Source: an uncultured delta proteobacterium (lineage in GTDB: Bacteria > Desulfobacterota > Binatia > Binatales > Binataceae). Taken from it: a stretch of 64,000 nt of DNA. Positions 55,776 to 64,000 of the stretch are shown in pieces (positions within the stretch are counted from its first letter, which is position 1; each line of letters opens with the position of its first letter). The DNA lies in the NCBI GenBank assembly GCA_963711565.1, contig CAVQEQ010000004.1, positions 212,961 through 276,960 of the forward strand. Reading direction: 5' to 3'. Made by a program: the position numbers and the translations under genes. Below the pieces are notes generated by a model. That model saw only the letters and a list, made by a program, of their open reading frames with translations, was not told where the DNA came from and made no database searches.

Positions 55776-55822
55776 CCCCTTTCCCGCGAGGGCCCGAAAA
55801 AAGGGGTTAGGGGTTAGGTTCC
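55776..55822. repeat. Family-2 element, site 3: hairpin plus TTAGGG-like motif
   Basis: CCCCTTTcccgcgagggcccgaAAAAGGGGttaggggttaggttcc. Confidence 0.45.
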
Positions 55823-55842
55823 GCTCATCCACGAGCATCGCA

Positions 55843-57255
55843 CTAGAAGTCTATCGCTTCCCCATCCGCCGCCAAAGCCGCCTGCATGATCGCCTCCGAC
55901 ATCGTCGGATGCGGATGCGCGGTCTTCCCAATTTCCGTCACCGTCGTCTCGAGCGCCTTCCCAAGCACGACCTCCGAAATGATATCGGTCGCCGCGTGTC
56001 CGATTATCTGGCATCCGATCACTTCGCCGTATTGCTTGGTCGCGACGATCTTCACAAATCCCGCCGTCTCGCCAATCGCCACCGCCTTGCCCATAGCACG
56101 AAACGGAATCTTGCCGACCTTTACCTCGATTCCGCGCGCCTTCGCCTCCGCCTCGCTCAGTCCCACCGTCGCCACTTCCGGCTCGCAGTAGATACACGCC
56201 GGAATCGCGAGCAGGTCGAAGCTCGGCTCGCGTACGCCCGCCATTATTTCCACCGCCGCGATTCCCTCCGAGCTCGCCTTATGCGCCAGCAGCGGCGGCC
56301 GGATCACGTCGCCGATCGAGTAGATACTCGGCACTTTGGTCTGGAACGAATCGTTCACCTTGATAAACCCGCCGCGCTCCAGCTCGATCCCAAGTTTCTC
56401 CAGCCCGACGTTCATGCTGAGCGGCGTCCGCCCAACGGCGACCAGCACCACCTCTGCCTCGACCGATTTTTCCCCGCCGTCGGCCGAGACCGTGACCGAC
56501 CACAACTCGCCCTTGCGCGCCATCGACTTGTATCCATGCCCAAGCATTACGGTGATTCCGCGTTTGACGAACGCGCGCCGCAACTCCTCGGCGACCTCCA
56601 CGTCCATGCCCGGCAGCATCTGCTTTTCCAGCTCGACGATCGTGACCTTGGCCCCGAACGCGCTGTAGAAATATCCGAACTCGGCCCCTATCGCGCCCGC
56701 CCCGATCACGACGACGCTCGCCGGCATCTTGTCGAGCACCAGCGCCTCGTGGCTGGTAACGACGCCGTCGCCGACTTTCATCCCGGGAAACAGTTTCTCC
56801 CCAGACCCGGCCGCAATCAGAATCCTCTCGCCCTCGAGCACGCCCACGGATGGCGCCGCCTTGCCCTCGACCTGTTTGAGGGTGACGGAATGCGGCCCGG
56901 TGATCGTCGCATCAGCCTCGAAGTAATCGATCTTGTTTTTCCGAAAAAGATAAAGCACGCCCTTGGACAGCTTCTCCGCCGCCGCCCGCGAGCGCGCAAT
57001 CACTTTCGCAAAATCAAACCGAACCTCGCCAACTTCGATCCCATGCTCCTTGGAAGCCCCGCGAATCGTATCCATCGCGCCGGCGGAGCTAAGCAGCGCC
57101 TTCGACGGGATGCATCCCCAGTTGAGGCATACGCCCCCAGGCCGATCCCGCTCAATCACCGCGACGCGCATCTTCAACTGCGCCGCCCGAATCGCCGCAA
57201 CATACCCGCCAGGCCCGGAACCAATCACAACAAGGTCATACCGAGAATTTTCCAA
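55843..57255 (-). CDS. lpdA: Dihydrolipoyl dehydrogenase (E3)
   Basis: GSGPGGYVAAIRAAQLG is the FAD motif. The redox-active disulfide GVCLNWGCIPSKAL and the C-terminal HAHPTMSEA are present. Confidence 0.9.
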   Translation of the reverse strand: MENSRYDLVVIGSGPGGYVAAIRAAQLKMRVAVIERDRPGGVCLNWGCIPSKALLSSAGAMDTIRGASKEHGIEVGEVRFDFAKVIARSRAAAEKLSKGVLYLFRKNKIDYFEADATITGPHSVTLKQVEGKAAPSVGVLEGERILIAAGSGEKLFPGMKVGDGVVTSHEALVLDKMPASVVVIGAGAIGAEFGYFYSAFGAKVTIVELEKQMLPGMDVEVAEELRRAFVKRGITVMLGHGYKSMARKGELWSVTVSADGGEKSVEAEVVLVAVGRTPLSMNVGLEKLGIELERGGFIKVNDSFQTKVPSIYSIGDVIRPPLLAHKASSEGIAAVEIMAGVREPSFDLLAIPACIYCEPEVATVGLSEAEAKARGIEVKVGKIPFRAMGKAVAIGETAGFVKIVATKQYGEVIGCQIIGHAATDIISEVVLGKALETTVTEIGKTAHPHPTMSEAIMQAALAADGEAIDF

Positions 57256-57371
57256 GATGAAGTCCTTCCAAATAATTTACTCATTATTGTCCGAATGTGG
57301 GTACCGAGTAAGGGCGGGCCACTATGGACCAACCGGCAAAGTTCGGTGAAGATACCACTTGAGGTTAGGTA

Positions 57372-58244
57372 ATGACCGACTTCGTAATTCGTTCCATCGA
57401 GGACGTACAAAGACTGTGGCTCAAGGTTCGGGAAGTGCCAAGTCGAACCGAGGGACGCAAGCATCACCATGAAGAGGAGTACTGCCTGGGAGTTTATCTG
57501 TCGGCCCTTGGCCGGAATGGGTTTTTGAATTACCCGTTCACACTGAAGCGGGGTGAGTCGTCGAACCACTTCGTTCTGAAAGCGAAATCTGGCGAGGTCG
57601 TCGGGCTGCAGGTAACAAGTGCCTCCGAACCGTGGCTTCAGGGCGAAATGTCCAGCGCCATTAGAAAGTATCTGCGTGCGGAATTCACCACTCGCACTTT
57701 CGGATGGGTTGGCGACGAAGCGGAAAAGCAGTGGTGCGGTCTTATCCGCGGCGCGATTGAACTAGCGAAATTACGCCGGTTCGCGCCGGCTGCGCGTCAC
57801 GATCTGCTCGTCTATGACGATACGCCGCTAGCCGCAGTCGATCGTCGCAAGGTCATTGCCGCCCTCGATCCCTGGGTCAGAGAACTAAAATCCGATACTC
57901 CCACGCTGGGTCGAATCTCGATCATAGTTTCGCTCGACGTGCTTTTCGACGTTGGCGGACTATCCCGGATTCTGCCCTATGTTCATTGGTCCGCTCCTGA
58001 TCTTGACGAGACTCCGATGCAGAGTTTTTCTGAACGAGTCGAGTTGGCGGGTAGGGTGGAAGTAGAGCGAGCCATCAGAGAGCCATCGGAAGATCGCATT
58101 CCCGCAGCGAAAAATTCAGCGCCCGCCTACTACGTCAGCAGCAACGGCCGCATCGTAAAACGAACCGCTGAAGGTCGCCGCTTTGAGGTGCGAATCAAGG
58201 AGAACGGGGGCGAAATCATAGTTCGAGAACTGCACTCCGCATGA
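57372..58244 (+). CDS. Orphan 290-aa protein, possible partner or antitoxin of the downstream zeta-like kinase
   Basis: Based on ORF integrity only. GC is lower. Its stop directly abuts the zeta-like ORF in the same frame. Confidence 0.4.
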   Translation: MTDFVIRSIEDVQRLWLKVREVPSRTEGRKHHHEEEYCLGVYLSALGRNGFLNYPFTLKRGESSNHFVLKAKSGEVVGLQVTSASEPWLQGEMSSAIRKYLRAEFTTRTFGWVGDEAEKQWCGLIRGAIELAKLRRFAPAARHDLLVYDDTPLAAVDRRKVIAALDPWVRELKSDTPTLGRISIIVSLDVLFDVGGLSRILPYVHWSAPDLDETPMQSFSERVELAGRVEVERAIREPSEDRIPAAKNSAPAYYVSSNGRIVKRTAEGRRFEVRIKENGGEIIVRELHSA

Positions 58245-58841
58245 CGCAAAGCCCCCTGGCTGTGGCTGATAGCAGGCCCGAACGGAAGCGGGAAAAGCAC
58301 CTACGCTCCGAACCTAACGTCAGTAGTCGAAGAAATCGTAAGGCCGGACGAACTCGCCTACGAACTGTCCCCGGATAAGCCTGAAAGTGTCGCGCTGAAA
58401 GCTGGACGGCTGGCGATCAACCGTATCGAGAGCCTGCTCGAACAGAAGCGGAGTTCCGCCGTTGAAACGACTCTTTCCGGTCGATTCCATCTCGACGCTG
58501 CACAGCGGGCCAAATCCGGAGGCTGGAACGTCGGGATTGTCTATATCGGACTCAGCAGCCCAACGGTGGCGATGAAACGCGTGCTCCTGCGGAAGCTCAG
58601 AGGCGGTCATTACGTGCCACCGGAGGACGTTCGACGCCGCTATCGGAGGAGCCTCGCGAACTTGGCGGTCATTTCCAAGATCGCTGACAGGCTTGTGGTC
58701 CTGGATAACTCTTCTTCGCGAACGCCAATGAAACGACTGTTTGAGACAGACCGCGGACAGATCGTCTTCCGGCATCGGTCTCTGCCGAAGTGGCTGATCG
58801 GCGCCTTGAATCCAATTCTGACAAGTCAACCAAAGAGGTAG
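58245..58841 (+). CDS. Zeta-toxin-like P-loop kinase (COG4185 'predicted ABC-type ATPase' family); start codon unresolved
   Basis: The frame continuing after the upstream stop encodes WLWLIAGPNGSGKSTYAPNL (P-loop), then ...ETTLSG... and ...IVYIGLSSPTVAMKRVLLRKLRGGHYVPPEDVRRRYRRSLANL, the zeta-toxin C-terminal region. The 58320-58829 minus-strand track ORF is the antisense artefact of this gene. Confidence 0.55.
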   Translation, partial: RKAPWLWLIAGPNGSGKSTYAPNLTSVVEEIVRPDELAYELSPDKPESVALKAGRLAINRIESLLEQKRSSAVETTLSGRFHLDAAQRAKSGGWNVGIVYIGLSSPTVAMKRVLLRKLRGGHYVPPEDVRRRYRRSLANLAVISKIADRLVVLDNSSSRTPMKRLFETDRGQIVFRHRSLPKWLIGALNPILTSQPKR

Positions 58842-59036
58842 AACTCGAGCTTTATTTCAAAAGGCTCAGGGATGGACTGTTTAGCGTGAAGCTTTCGCGC
58901 CCGCCGTACTAACAATCCGGTACGGTTACCCAGGACACTCCTCAATCGCCGGCCGCGCCCGCAACTCAACTGGCGACAACCAGACCTATAGTCGCGGTAC
59001 AAGCATGCCAGCTAAACTCGCCGCGAGGTTTGCAAA

Positions 59037-59519
59037 ATGAATCCTAACGGCTTGGGCAGCTGGATCGGCGACTGGGTGTGGAGCCTGCCGTTGATCGTGC
59101 TAACCGTCGTCATCCACGTATGCGGCCTGGCGGTCATCGGCGAAAGAGTTGTCGTTGCTGTGGGCGAGTCCGTCGATCGCCGCCGCTTCATGCTCAAATT
59201 CGCCGTCGTGATGGGCGCGACCTCGTTGCTTGCCACCCTCCTGCATGCAATTGAGGGAGGCATTTGGGCGGCCGCGTACCGTTTCCTTGGCGCCCTGCCG
59301 GACAACAGGACGGCGATGCTCTATTCGATCAGTGCGATGACGACCTATGGCCACGCGAACCTGTACCTGGAAAATCGCTGGCAATTGATGGGCGCGTTGG
59401 AGGCGCTGAACGGGGTGCTGCTCTTCGGCCTGACCACGGCGTTTCTGTTCTCGATGATCCAAACGATATGGCCGCTTCGCAGTAGAGAACTACACCGGGA
59501 TAGGAGCACGATTCAATGA
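59037..59519 (+). CDS. Small membrane protein with a pore-loop-like segment; possible minimal 2-TM ion-channel-like protein
   Basis: TM1 is WVWSLPLIVLTVVIHVCGLAVIG. A re-entrant-like segment SISAMTTYGHANL is loosely similar to the K-channel TxGYG filter. TM2 is GVLLFGLTTAFLFSMIQTIW. Confidence 0.4.
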   Translation: MNPNGLGSWIGDWVWSLPLIVLTVVIHVCGLAVIGERVVVAVGESVDRRRFMLKFAVVMGATSLLATLLHAIEGGIWAAAYRFLGALPDNRTAMLYSISAMTTYGHANLYLENRWQLMGALEALNGVLLFGLTTAFLFSMIQTIWPLRSRELHRDRSTIQ

Positions 59520-60550
59520 GTAAGCCGATCGTCAACCTTTGTCGAATCGTGGCCGCGGCAGTATTGATGCTTTGCGTGCTGAGTCTAACCGCTCATGCGC
59601 AAGCCGCGGCTGACCCGTTGCCGTCATGGAACGAAGGACCCGCCAAAAATGCAATCATCAAATTGGTTACTGCCACTACTACAGCGGGCAGCGCAGACTT
59701 CGTCGCTCCTGGCGATCGATTTGCCACATTCGATCAGGACGGCACCCTGTGGGTCGAGCAACCTGTCTATACGCAAGTCGTATTTTCGCTGGATCGAGTC
59801 GTCGCGCTGGCGCCGGATCATCCGGGATGGAAGACGGTTGAGCCGTTCAAGTCGGTGATCGCCGGCGATCGCGCGGCGATGGCGAAGTTCACTACCAGGG
59901 ACCTCGAGAAAATCGTCTTCGCCACTCATACCGGGATGACTACTGGCGATTACACGGCACTCGTAAAGGACTGGATCGCGAAAGCGCGCGACCCGCGCTG
60001 GCATCGACCGTTCACCGACCTGGTTTACCAACCGATGCTCGAACTGATGCGCTATCTGCGCGCCAATGGTTACAATACCTACATCGTCACCGGCGGCGGT
60101 CAGGACTTTGTCCGCGCCTACGCCGATCATACCTACGGAATCCCGCCCGAACAAATCATAGGATCGGCGCTCGACACCGACTTCACTTACAATGATGCCG
60201 GCAAGGCGATACTCATGCGCCCGCCGAAGCTTCTGCTCAACAACAACTTCTCTGGCAAGCCCGAAGACATCTACCTGTTTATAGGACGCCATCCCCAAGC
60301 GGCGTTCGGCAACTCAACGGGTGACCGCGAGATGCTCGAATACACTCAGGCAGGCGGCAAAGGCGCACTCATGATGCTGGTGTTACACGACGATCCGGCG
60401 CGTGAGTACGCTTACGGCCCGGCTGAAGGATTGCCCGCGAGCAAGGTCGGCACCTTTACTCAAGCGCTCTACGACGAAGCTATGAGCAAAGGCTGGAACG
60501 TGATCAGTATGAAGAAGGACTGGAAGCGGATTTTCAGCTTCGAGAAGTAG
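59516..60550 (+). CDS. Secreted HAD-superfamily hydrolase
   Basis: A signal peptide is present. FDQDGTLW is HAD motif I (DxDGT). A motif II Thr follows and the C-terminal GNSTGDREML is motif IV. Confidence 0.7.
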   Translation: MSKPIVNLCRIVAAAVLMLCVLSLTAHAQAAADPLPSWNEGPAKNAIIKLVTATTTAGSADFVAPGDRFATFDQDGTLWVEQPVYTQVVFSLDRVVALAPDHPGWKTVEPFKSVIAGDRAAMAKFTTRDLEKIVFATHTGMTTGDYTALVKDWIAKARDPRWHRPFTDLVYQPMLELMRYLRANGYNTYIVTGGGQDFVRAYADHTYGIPPEQIIGSALDTDFTYNDAGKAILMRPPKLLLNNNFSGKPEDIYLFIGRHPQAAFGNSTGDREMLEYTQAGGKGALMMLVLHDDPAREYAYGPAEGLPASKVGTFTQALYDEAMSKGWNVISMKKDWKRIFSFEK

Positions 60551-60559
60551 GGTGCTGCT

Positions 60560-61948
60560 TCAAAGCAGCAGGCTCGAGGGGTTCTCAAGGAAGCGCTTCA
60601 GTTCTTGCAGGAATCTTCCCGCTACTACGCCATCGACTATGCGATGGTCGAACGATCCCGTCATCATCATCGTCTTGCCGACGGCTAGCTGGCCATTGCG
60701 AACTACCGGGCGATCCTTGATAGCACTTACAGCCAGAATCGCGGCTTGCGGCGGAACGATCACGGCGGCGAAGTGCTCGATGCCCAGCATTCCCATGTTA
60801 GAGATTGAAAACGTCGCGCCCGACAGCTCATCCGACGTGAAACCGCCGCGGCTCGACTTCGCGACCAGTCGATGCGCCGTGCGTGAGATCTCCAGCAGCG
60901 ACAACCGCTCGCATTCGCGAATCACCGGCAGGATCAACCCCTCCTCGACCGCGACTGCCACTCCTATGTTGACGTTGGGATGAATGACGATGCCTTCGTC
61001 CTCGTAGCTCGCGTTGATCCGCGGATAGCGGCCGAGGGCGAGCGCGCACGCCTTCACGATGACATCGTTGTAGGTGATCGCCTCTTCGAACATCTCGGTC
61101 GCTTCGAGCGAGTCCTTCAAGCGCACCGCATCTTCCATCGCCACTTCGACGGTGACATAGAAATGCGGAATCTCGCGCTTCGACTGGGCCATCCGCTTGG
61201 CAATCGTCTTGCGCATCGCCGACAGTTCTTCGCGCGAACCGGGCGCGCCCTCGCGCGGCGACACCAGCCGGCGGAACTTGAAGAGTTGCTGCTCGCGGAT
61301 AAAGTTGTCGATGTCGCGCTTGGTCACTCGCCCTTCGGGTCCGCTGCCGCGCACGTGAGCGATATCGACTCCCGCCTCCTCGGCCGCGCGGCGCGCAAGC
61401 GGAGACGCGCGCAGCTTGTGCCCGTCGCCCGCTTCGGAGTCAGCCGCGGGGGCCGGCGGCTCAGGCTCCGGCGGCGCGGCGATCGCGGTCGGTGCGGCAC
61501 TCGGATTCGCGGACATCGCCGGATGCACGTGTAAATCGCGGGCGGAGCCGTCGGTCACGACGGCGGCCGGCGCGATCGACTTCTTCGGCGCGGCTTTCGG
61601 TTTTATCGCGATCGGCTTTGGAGGCTGCTCGGTTGCTGCGGCTTCAGCGCCCGGATCTTCCATCGCCGCGGCCGAAACCGGCTTGGCCTCGCCCTTGGCT
61701 TCCTTCGCGCCCGCCGATTTCATCAGTGCGATTACGGCGCCGACCGGCGCGCTCTCGCCCTCGTTCAGTTTGATCTGGTCGAGCACGCCTTCTTCGAACG
61801 ACTCGAGCACCATGTCGGCCTTGTCGGTCTCGACTTCGGCGATCGCTTCGCCGCGCGCGATCTTGTCGCCGGGATGCTTGAGCCAGCGGAGGATCTTGCC
61901 TTCCTCCATCGTGTCCGAGAGCTTGGGCATCGTTATTTCGTTGCTCAT
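60560..61948 (-). CDS. pdhC: Dihydrolipoamide acetyltransferase (PDH E2)
   Basis: The lipoyl domain is EVETDKADMVLES. A PSBD (PLARRAAEEAGVDIAHVRGSGPEGRV) and the catalytic C-terminus DHRIVDG follow. Confidence 0.9.
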   Translation of the reverse strand: MSNEITMPKLSDTMEEGKILRWLKHPGDKIARGEAIAEVETDKADMVLESFEEGVLDQIKLNEGESAPVGAVIALMKSAGAKEAKGEAKPVSAAAMEDPGAEAAATEQPPKPIAIKPKAAPKKSIAPAAVVTDGSARDLHVHPAMSANPSAAPTAIAAPPEPEPPAPAADSEAGDGHKLRASPLARRAAEEAGVDIAHVRGSGPEGRVTKRDIDNFIREQQLFKFRRLVSPREGAPGSREELSAMRKTIAKRMAQSKREIPHFYVTVEVAMEDAVRLKDSLEATEMFEEAITYNDVIVKACALALGRYPRINASYEDEGIVIHPNVNIGVAVAVEEGLILPVIRECERLSLLEISRTAHRLVAKSSRGGFTSDELSGATFSISNMGMLGIEHFAAVIVPPQAAILAVSAIKDRPVVRNGQLAVGKTMMMTGSFDHRIVDGVVAGRFLQELKRFLENPSSLLL

Positions 61949-61968
61949 GATTTCCCGCCCGATGACAT

Positions 61969-62943
61969 TCAGGTCAACTCTTCCGCCGCTTTGACGATAT
62001 CACCCGCGCTCGGCAGCGACGCGTGCTCGAGATGCTTGTTATATGGCATCGGTGAATCGAGCGCGGCGACGCGGACGACGGGCGCGTCCAGCGAATCGAA
62101 GGCGGCCTCGTGAATCTGCGCGGCAATCTCGGCAACGGCGCCGCCCGTGCGCCATCCTTCGTAAGCGACGATCGCCCGTCCGGTCTTTTTCACCGACGCG
62201 ATCACCGTCGCCATGTCGAGCGGGTTCAGCGTTCTGAGATCAACTATCTCGGCGTCGATGCCCGAGTTCTCGAGCACTTCCGCCGCGGCGATCGCGTCGT
62301 ACACGCACTTCGAGTAAGTGACTATAGTCACATCCTTACCTTCGCGGATTACATTCGCCTTGCCGAACGGCACCATGAACTCTGGATCCTCAGGCACTTC
62401 GCCCTTCACGCCGTACAGCGACTCGTGTTCGAGGAACATCACTGGATCGACCTGTCGAATCGCGGTTTTCAGCAATCCCTTGGCATCGGCGGGTGTGGCC
62501 GGGATGACCACGCGCAGCCCGGGGCAGTGCAGAAAGTACGCTTCGAGGCTCTGGCTGTGCTGCGCGCCAAGCTGATGGCCTCCGCCCTGCGGCGCGCGGA
62601 TAACCAAAGGCACATTAGCCTTGCCACCGAACATGAAGTGTATTTTGGCCGCGCTATTGACTATTTGGTCTATAGCCAGAAGCGCAAAGTTGATAGTCAT
62701 CAATTCGACTATTGGCTTGAGCCCGCCCATCGCAGCGCCGATGCCCGCGCCGACTATCGTCAGTTCCGAGATTGGAGTGTCGCGCACGCGCTTCTCGCCA
62801 TACACCGCCAGCAGTCCGTCGGTGACCTTGAACGCGCCGCCGAAGTAGCCGACCTCCTCGCCCATGATGAAGACGCGCTCGTCGCGATCGAGTTCCTCGC
62901 GCAAGGCCTGGTTCAACGCTTCGCGGTAAGTGATCTGCGCCAC
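61969..62943 (-). CDS. pdhB: Pyruvate dehydrogenase E1 beta subunit
   Basis: Transketolase-like pyrimidine-binding and C-terminal domains (FMGEEVGYFGGAFKVT...). Confidence 0.9.
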   Translation of the reverse strand: MAQITYREALNQALREELDRDERVFIMGEEVGYFGGAFKVTDGLLAVYGEKRVRDTPISELTIVGAGIGAAMGGLKPIVELMTINFALLAIDQIVNSAAKIHFMFGGKANVPLVIRAPQGGGHQLGAQHSQSLEAYFLHCPGLRVVIPATPADAKGLLKTAIRQVDPVMFLEHESLYGVKGEVPEDPEFMVPFGKANVIREGKDVTIVTYSKCVYDAIAAAEVLENSGIDAEIVDLRTLNPLDMATVIASVKKTGRAIVAYEGWRTGGAVAEIAAQIHEAAFDSLDAPVVRVAALDSPMPYNKHLEHASLPSAGDIVKAAEELT

Positions 62944-63993
62944 TCACTTTTCCTCGGAAGCGTAAACGCCCTTGCCGAGTTCATCCATCGACGGCTCGGG
63001 GCTCTCGTCGGCGAACTTGATCGCATCATCGACAGTCGCGGCGACTTCACGCTCGATTTCGTCGAGCTTCGCGTCGGTCGCGCGCTTCTCGGCGATCAGG
63101 CGACGGTGCAGATTCTTAATCGGGTCGCGTTCCTGCCAGATTCTTTCCTCGCGCTTGGACCGGTACTCCGCCGGATCGGACATCGAATGGCCGCGGAAGC
63201 GGTAGGTGACGGCCTCGATCAACGACGGCCCGTCTCCCGCGCGCGCGCGGGCGACCGCTTCCATCGTGGCGCCGTAAACGTCGAGCACGTCCATCCCGTC
63301 CACGCGCACGCCCGGCATCTTGTACGGCTCGGCGAAGCGGTAGAGTTCCTCCTGGCTGATCGCATTCTGGACGAGCGTGCCCATCCCGTAAAAGTTGTTC
63401 TCGCAAATGAAAACCAGCGGCAGCTTCCACAGCGACGCCATGTTGAGCGTCTCGTGAAAGGCGCCCTGCGGCAGCGCGCCGTCGCCGAAGAAGCAGCAGA
63501 CGACTTCCGGGCCTTCGTTGTAACTGACCGCGAGCGCGAGGCCGCATGCGATCGGCAAGCCGCCGCCGACGATCGCGTAGCCGCCCATGAAGCGCAAATC
63601 CTGGTCGAACAGATGCATCGAGCCGCCGCGCCCGTGCGAGATGCCCGTCGCCTTGCCGAACAACTCGGCCATCACGACGCGCGGGTCGGCGCCCTTGGCG
63701 AGGCAATGGCCGTGCTCGCGATAGGTCGAGACGACGTAGTCCTTGTCGTACAGCGCATAGATAGCCCCGACCGCCACGGCCTCCTCGCCGGCATAGAGAT
63801 GGCAGAAGCCAGTGATCTTGCCGCGGCTGTACATCTCGGCGGTCTTCTCTTCGAAGCGGCGGATGAGCGTCATGCGGCGATAGAGGTCGAGGAGCTGGCT
63901 CTCGTGGAGCGTCAGCAGCGCGTGCTGAGCGGTATGCTTGTCGCGTTCGAGCGCCATGAACTTAATTGTAGTGCAACCCGTCGTTTGTTTCAC
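62944..63993 (-). CDS. pdhA: Pyruvate dehydrogenase E1 alpha subunit (the start may be the ATG at 63957 or the upstream GTG at 63993)
   Basis: The TPP-binding motif is GDGALPQGAFHETLNMA. YRFRGHSMSDP is the phosphorylation-loop equivalent. Confidence 0.85.
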   Translation of the reverse strand: MKQTTGCTTIKFMALERDKHTAQHALLTLHESQLLDLYRRMTLIRRFEEKTAEMYSRGKITGFCHLYAGEEAVAVGAIYALYDKDYVVSTYREHGHCLAKGADPRVVMAELFGKATGISHGRGGSMHLFDQDLRFMGGYAIVGGGLPIACGLALAVSYNEGPEVVCCFFGDGALPQGAFHETLNMASLWKLPLVFICENNFYGMGTLVQNAISQEELYRFAEPYKMPGVRVDGMDVLDVYGATMEAVARARAGDGPSLIEAVTYRFRGHSMSDPAEYRSKREERIWQERDPIKNLHRRLIAEKRATDAKLDEIEREVAATVDDAIKFADESPEPSMDELGKGVYASEEK

Positions 63994-64000
63994 GCTGCGG

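Noticed and set aside
55771-57372. 533-aa plus-strand ORF
   Set aside because: Antisense to lpdA and lipB, with an Arg-rich translation.
58320-58829. 169-aa minus-strand ORF
   Set aside because: The plus strand over the same interval encodes a zeta-toxin-like P-loop kinase with clear Walker A and C-terminal motifs. The minus-strand ORF is its antisense shadow.
1-64000. Searched by eye for tRNA/rRNA-like sequences, CRISPR repeats and sigma-54 promoters (TGGCAC-N5-TTGC)
   Set aside because: None found that I could defend without computational folding or scanning. Absence is not proof.

Overview
This is a high-GC bacterial chromosomal segment; the gene content and family mix (TAT-Rieske, PD40, NHL, sedolisin and F420-related genes) look Acidobacteria- or delta-proteobacteria-like. 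Most of it is housekeeping. The conserved genes, in window order, are: a partial GH38 mannosidase-like gene plus a ROK kinase; a ceramidase-like hydrolase; a Crp/Fnr regulator; an NtrB/NtrC-type two-component system; an AlkZ/YcaQ-like glycosylase and an AidB-like acyl-CoA dehydrogenase; a secreted sedolisin (S53) protease; a Rieske protein; a PD40 beta-propeller protein; efp; a YgfZ-like gene followed by an amidohydrolase / enoyl-CoA hydratase / AMP-ligase / enoyl-CoA hydratase operon; the rsfS-nadD-proA-proB-obg ... rpmA-rplU ribosomal-neighbourhood cluster, interrupted by an F420-type LLM oxidoreductase; a DnaQ-GIY-YIG fusion nuclease; a giant NHL-repeat surface protein with an apparent frameshift; an AAA+ ATPase; a CofC-like gene; the full mlaEFDCA system; and lipA-lipB-lpdA ... 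pdhC-pdhB-pdhA. No rRNA, tRNA or CRISPR array was recognised. The unexplained signal is as follows. (1) A family of five same-orientation, structured intergenic repeats of about 80-170 nt, with compensatory base changes that preserve two hairpins. (2) A second, short TTAGGG-like-plus-hairpin element present three times. (3) A duplicated ~68-bp element made of three direct sub-repeats, one copy upstream of efp and one upstream of a small secreted-protein pair. (4) Two unannotated desulforedoxin-like Cys4 mini-proteins (47 and 39 aa) bracketing the CoA-ligase/hydratase/amidohydrolase operon. (5) A low-GC insert inside the PDH-lipoate cluster carrying a zeta-toxin-like (COG4185) P-loop kinase, translationally abutting a 290-aa orphan partner, together with a pore-loop-like membrane protein and a secreted HAD hydrolase. 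(6) A DUF2442 mini-gene bounded by a perfect 18-bp direct repeat that duplicates the 3' end of the adjacent TPR gene. (7) Low-GC orphan genes (an 8-TM protein and a protein with an internal 174-bp tandem duplication) intercalated in the AlkZ/AidB alkylation-repair neighbourhood.
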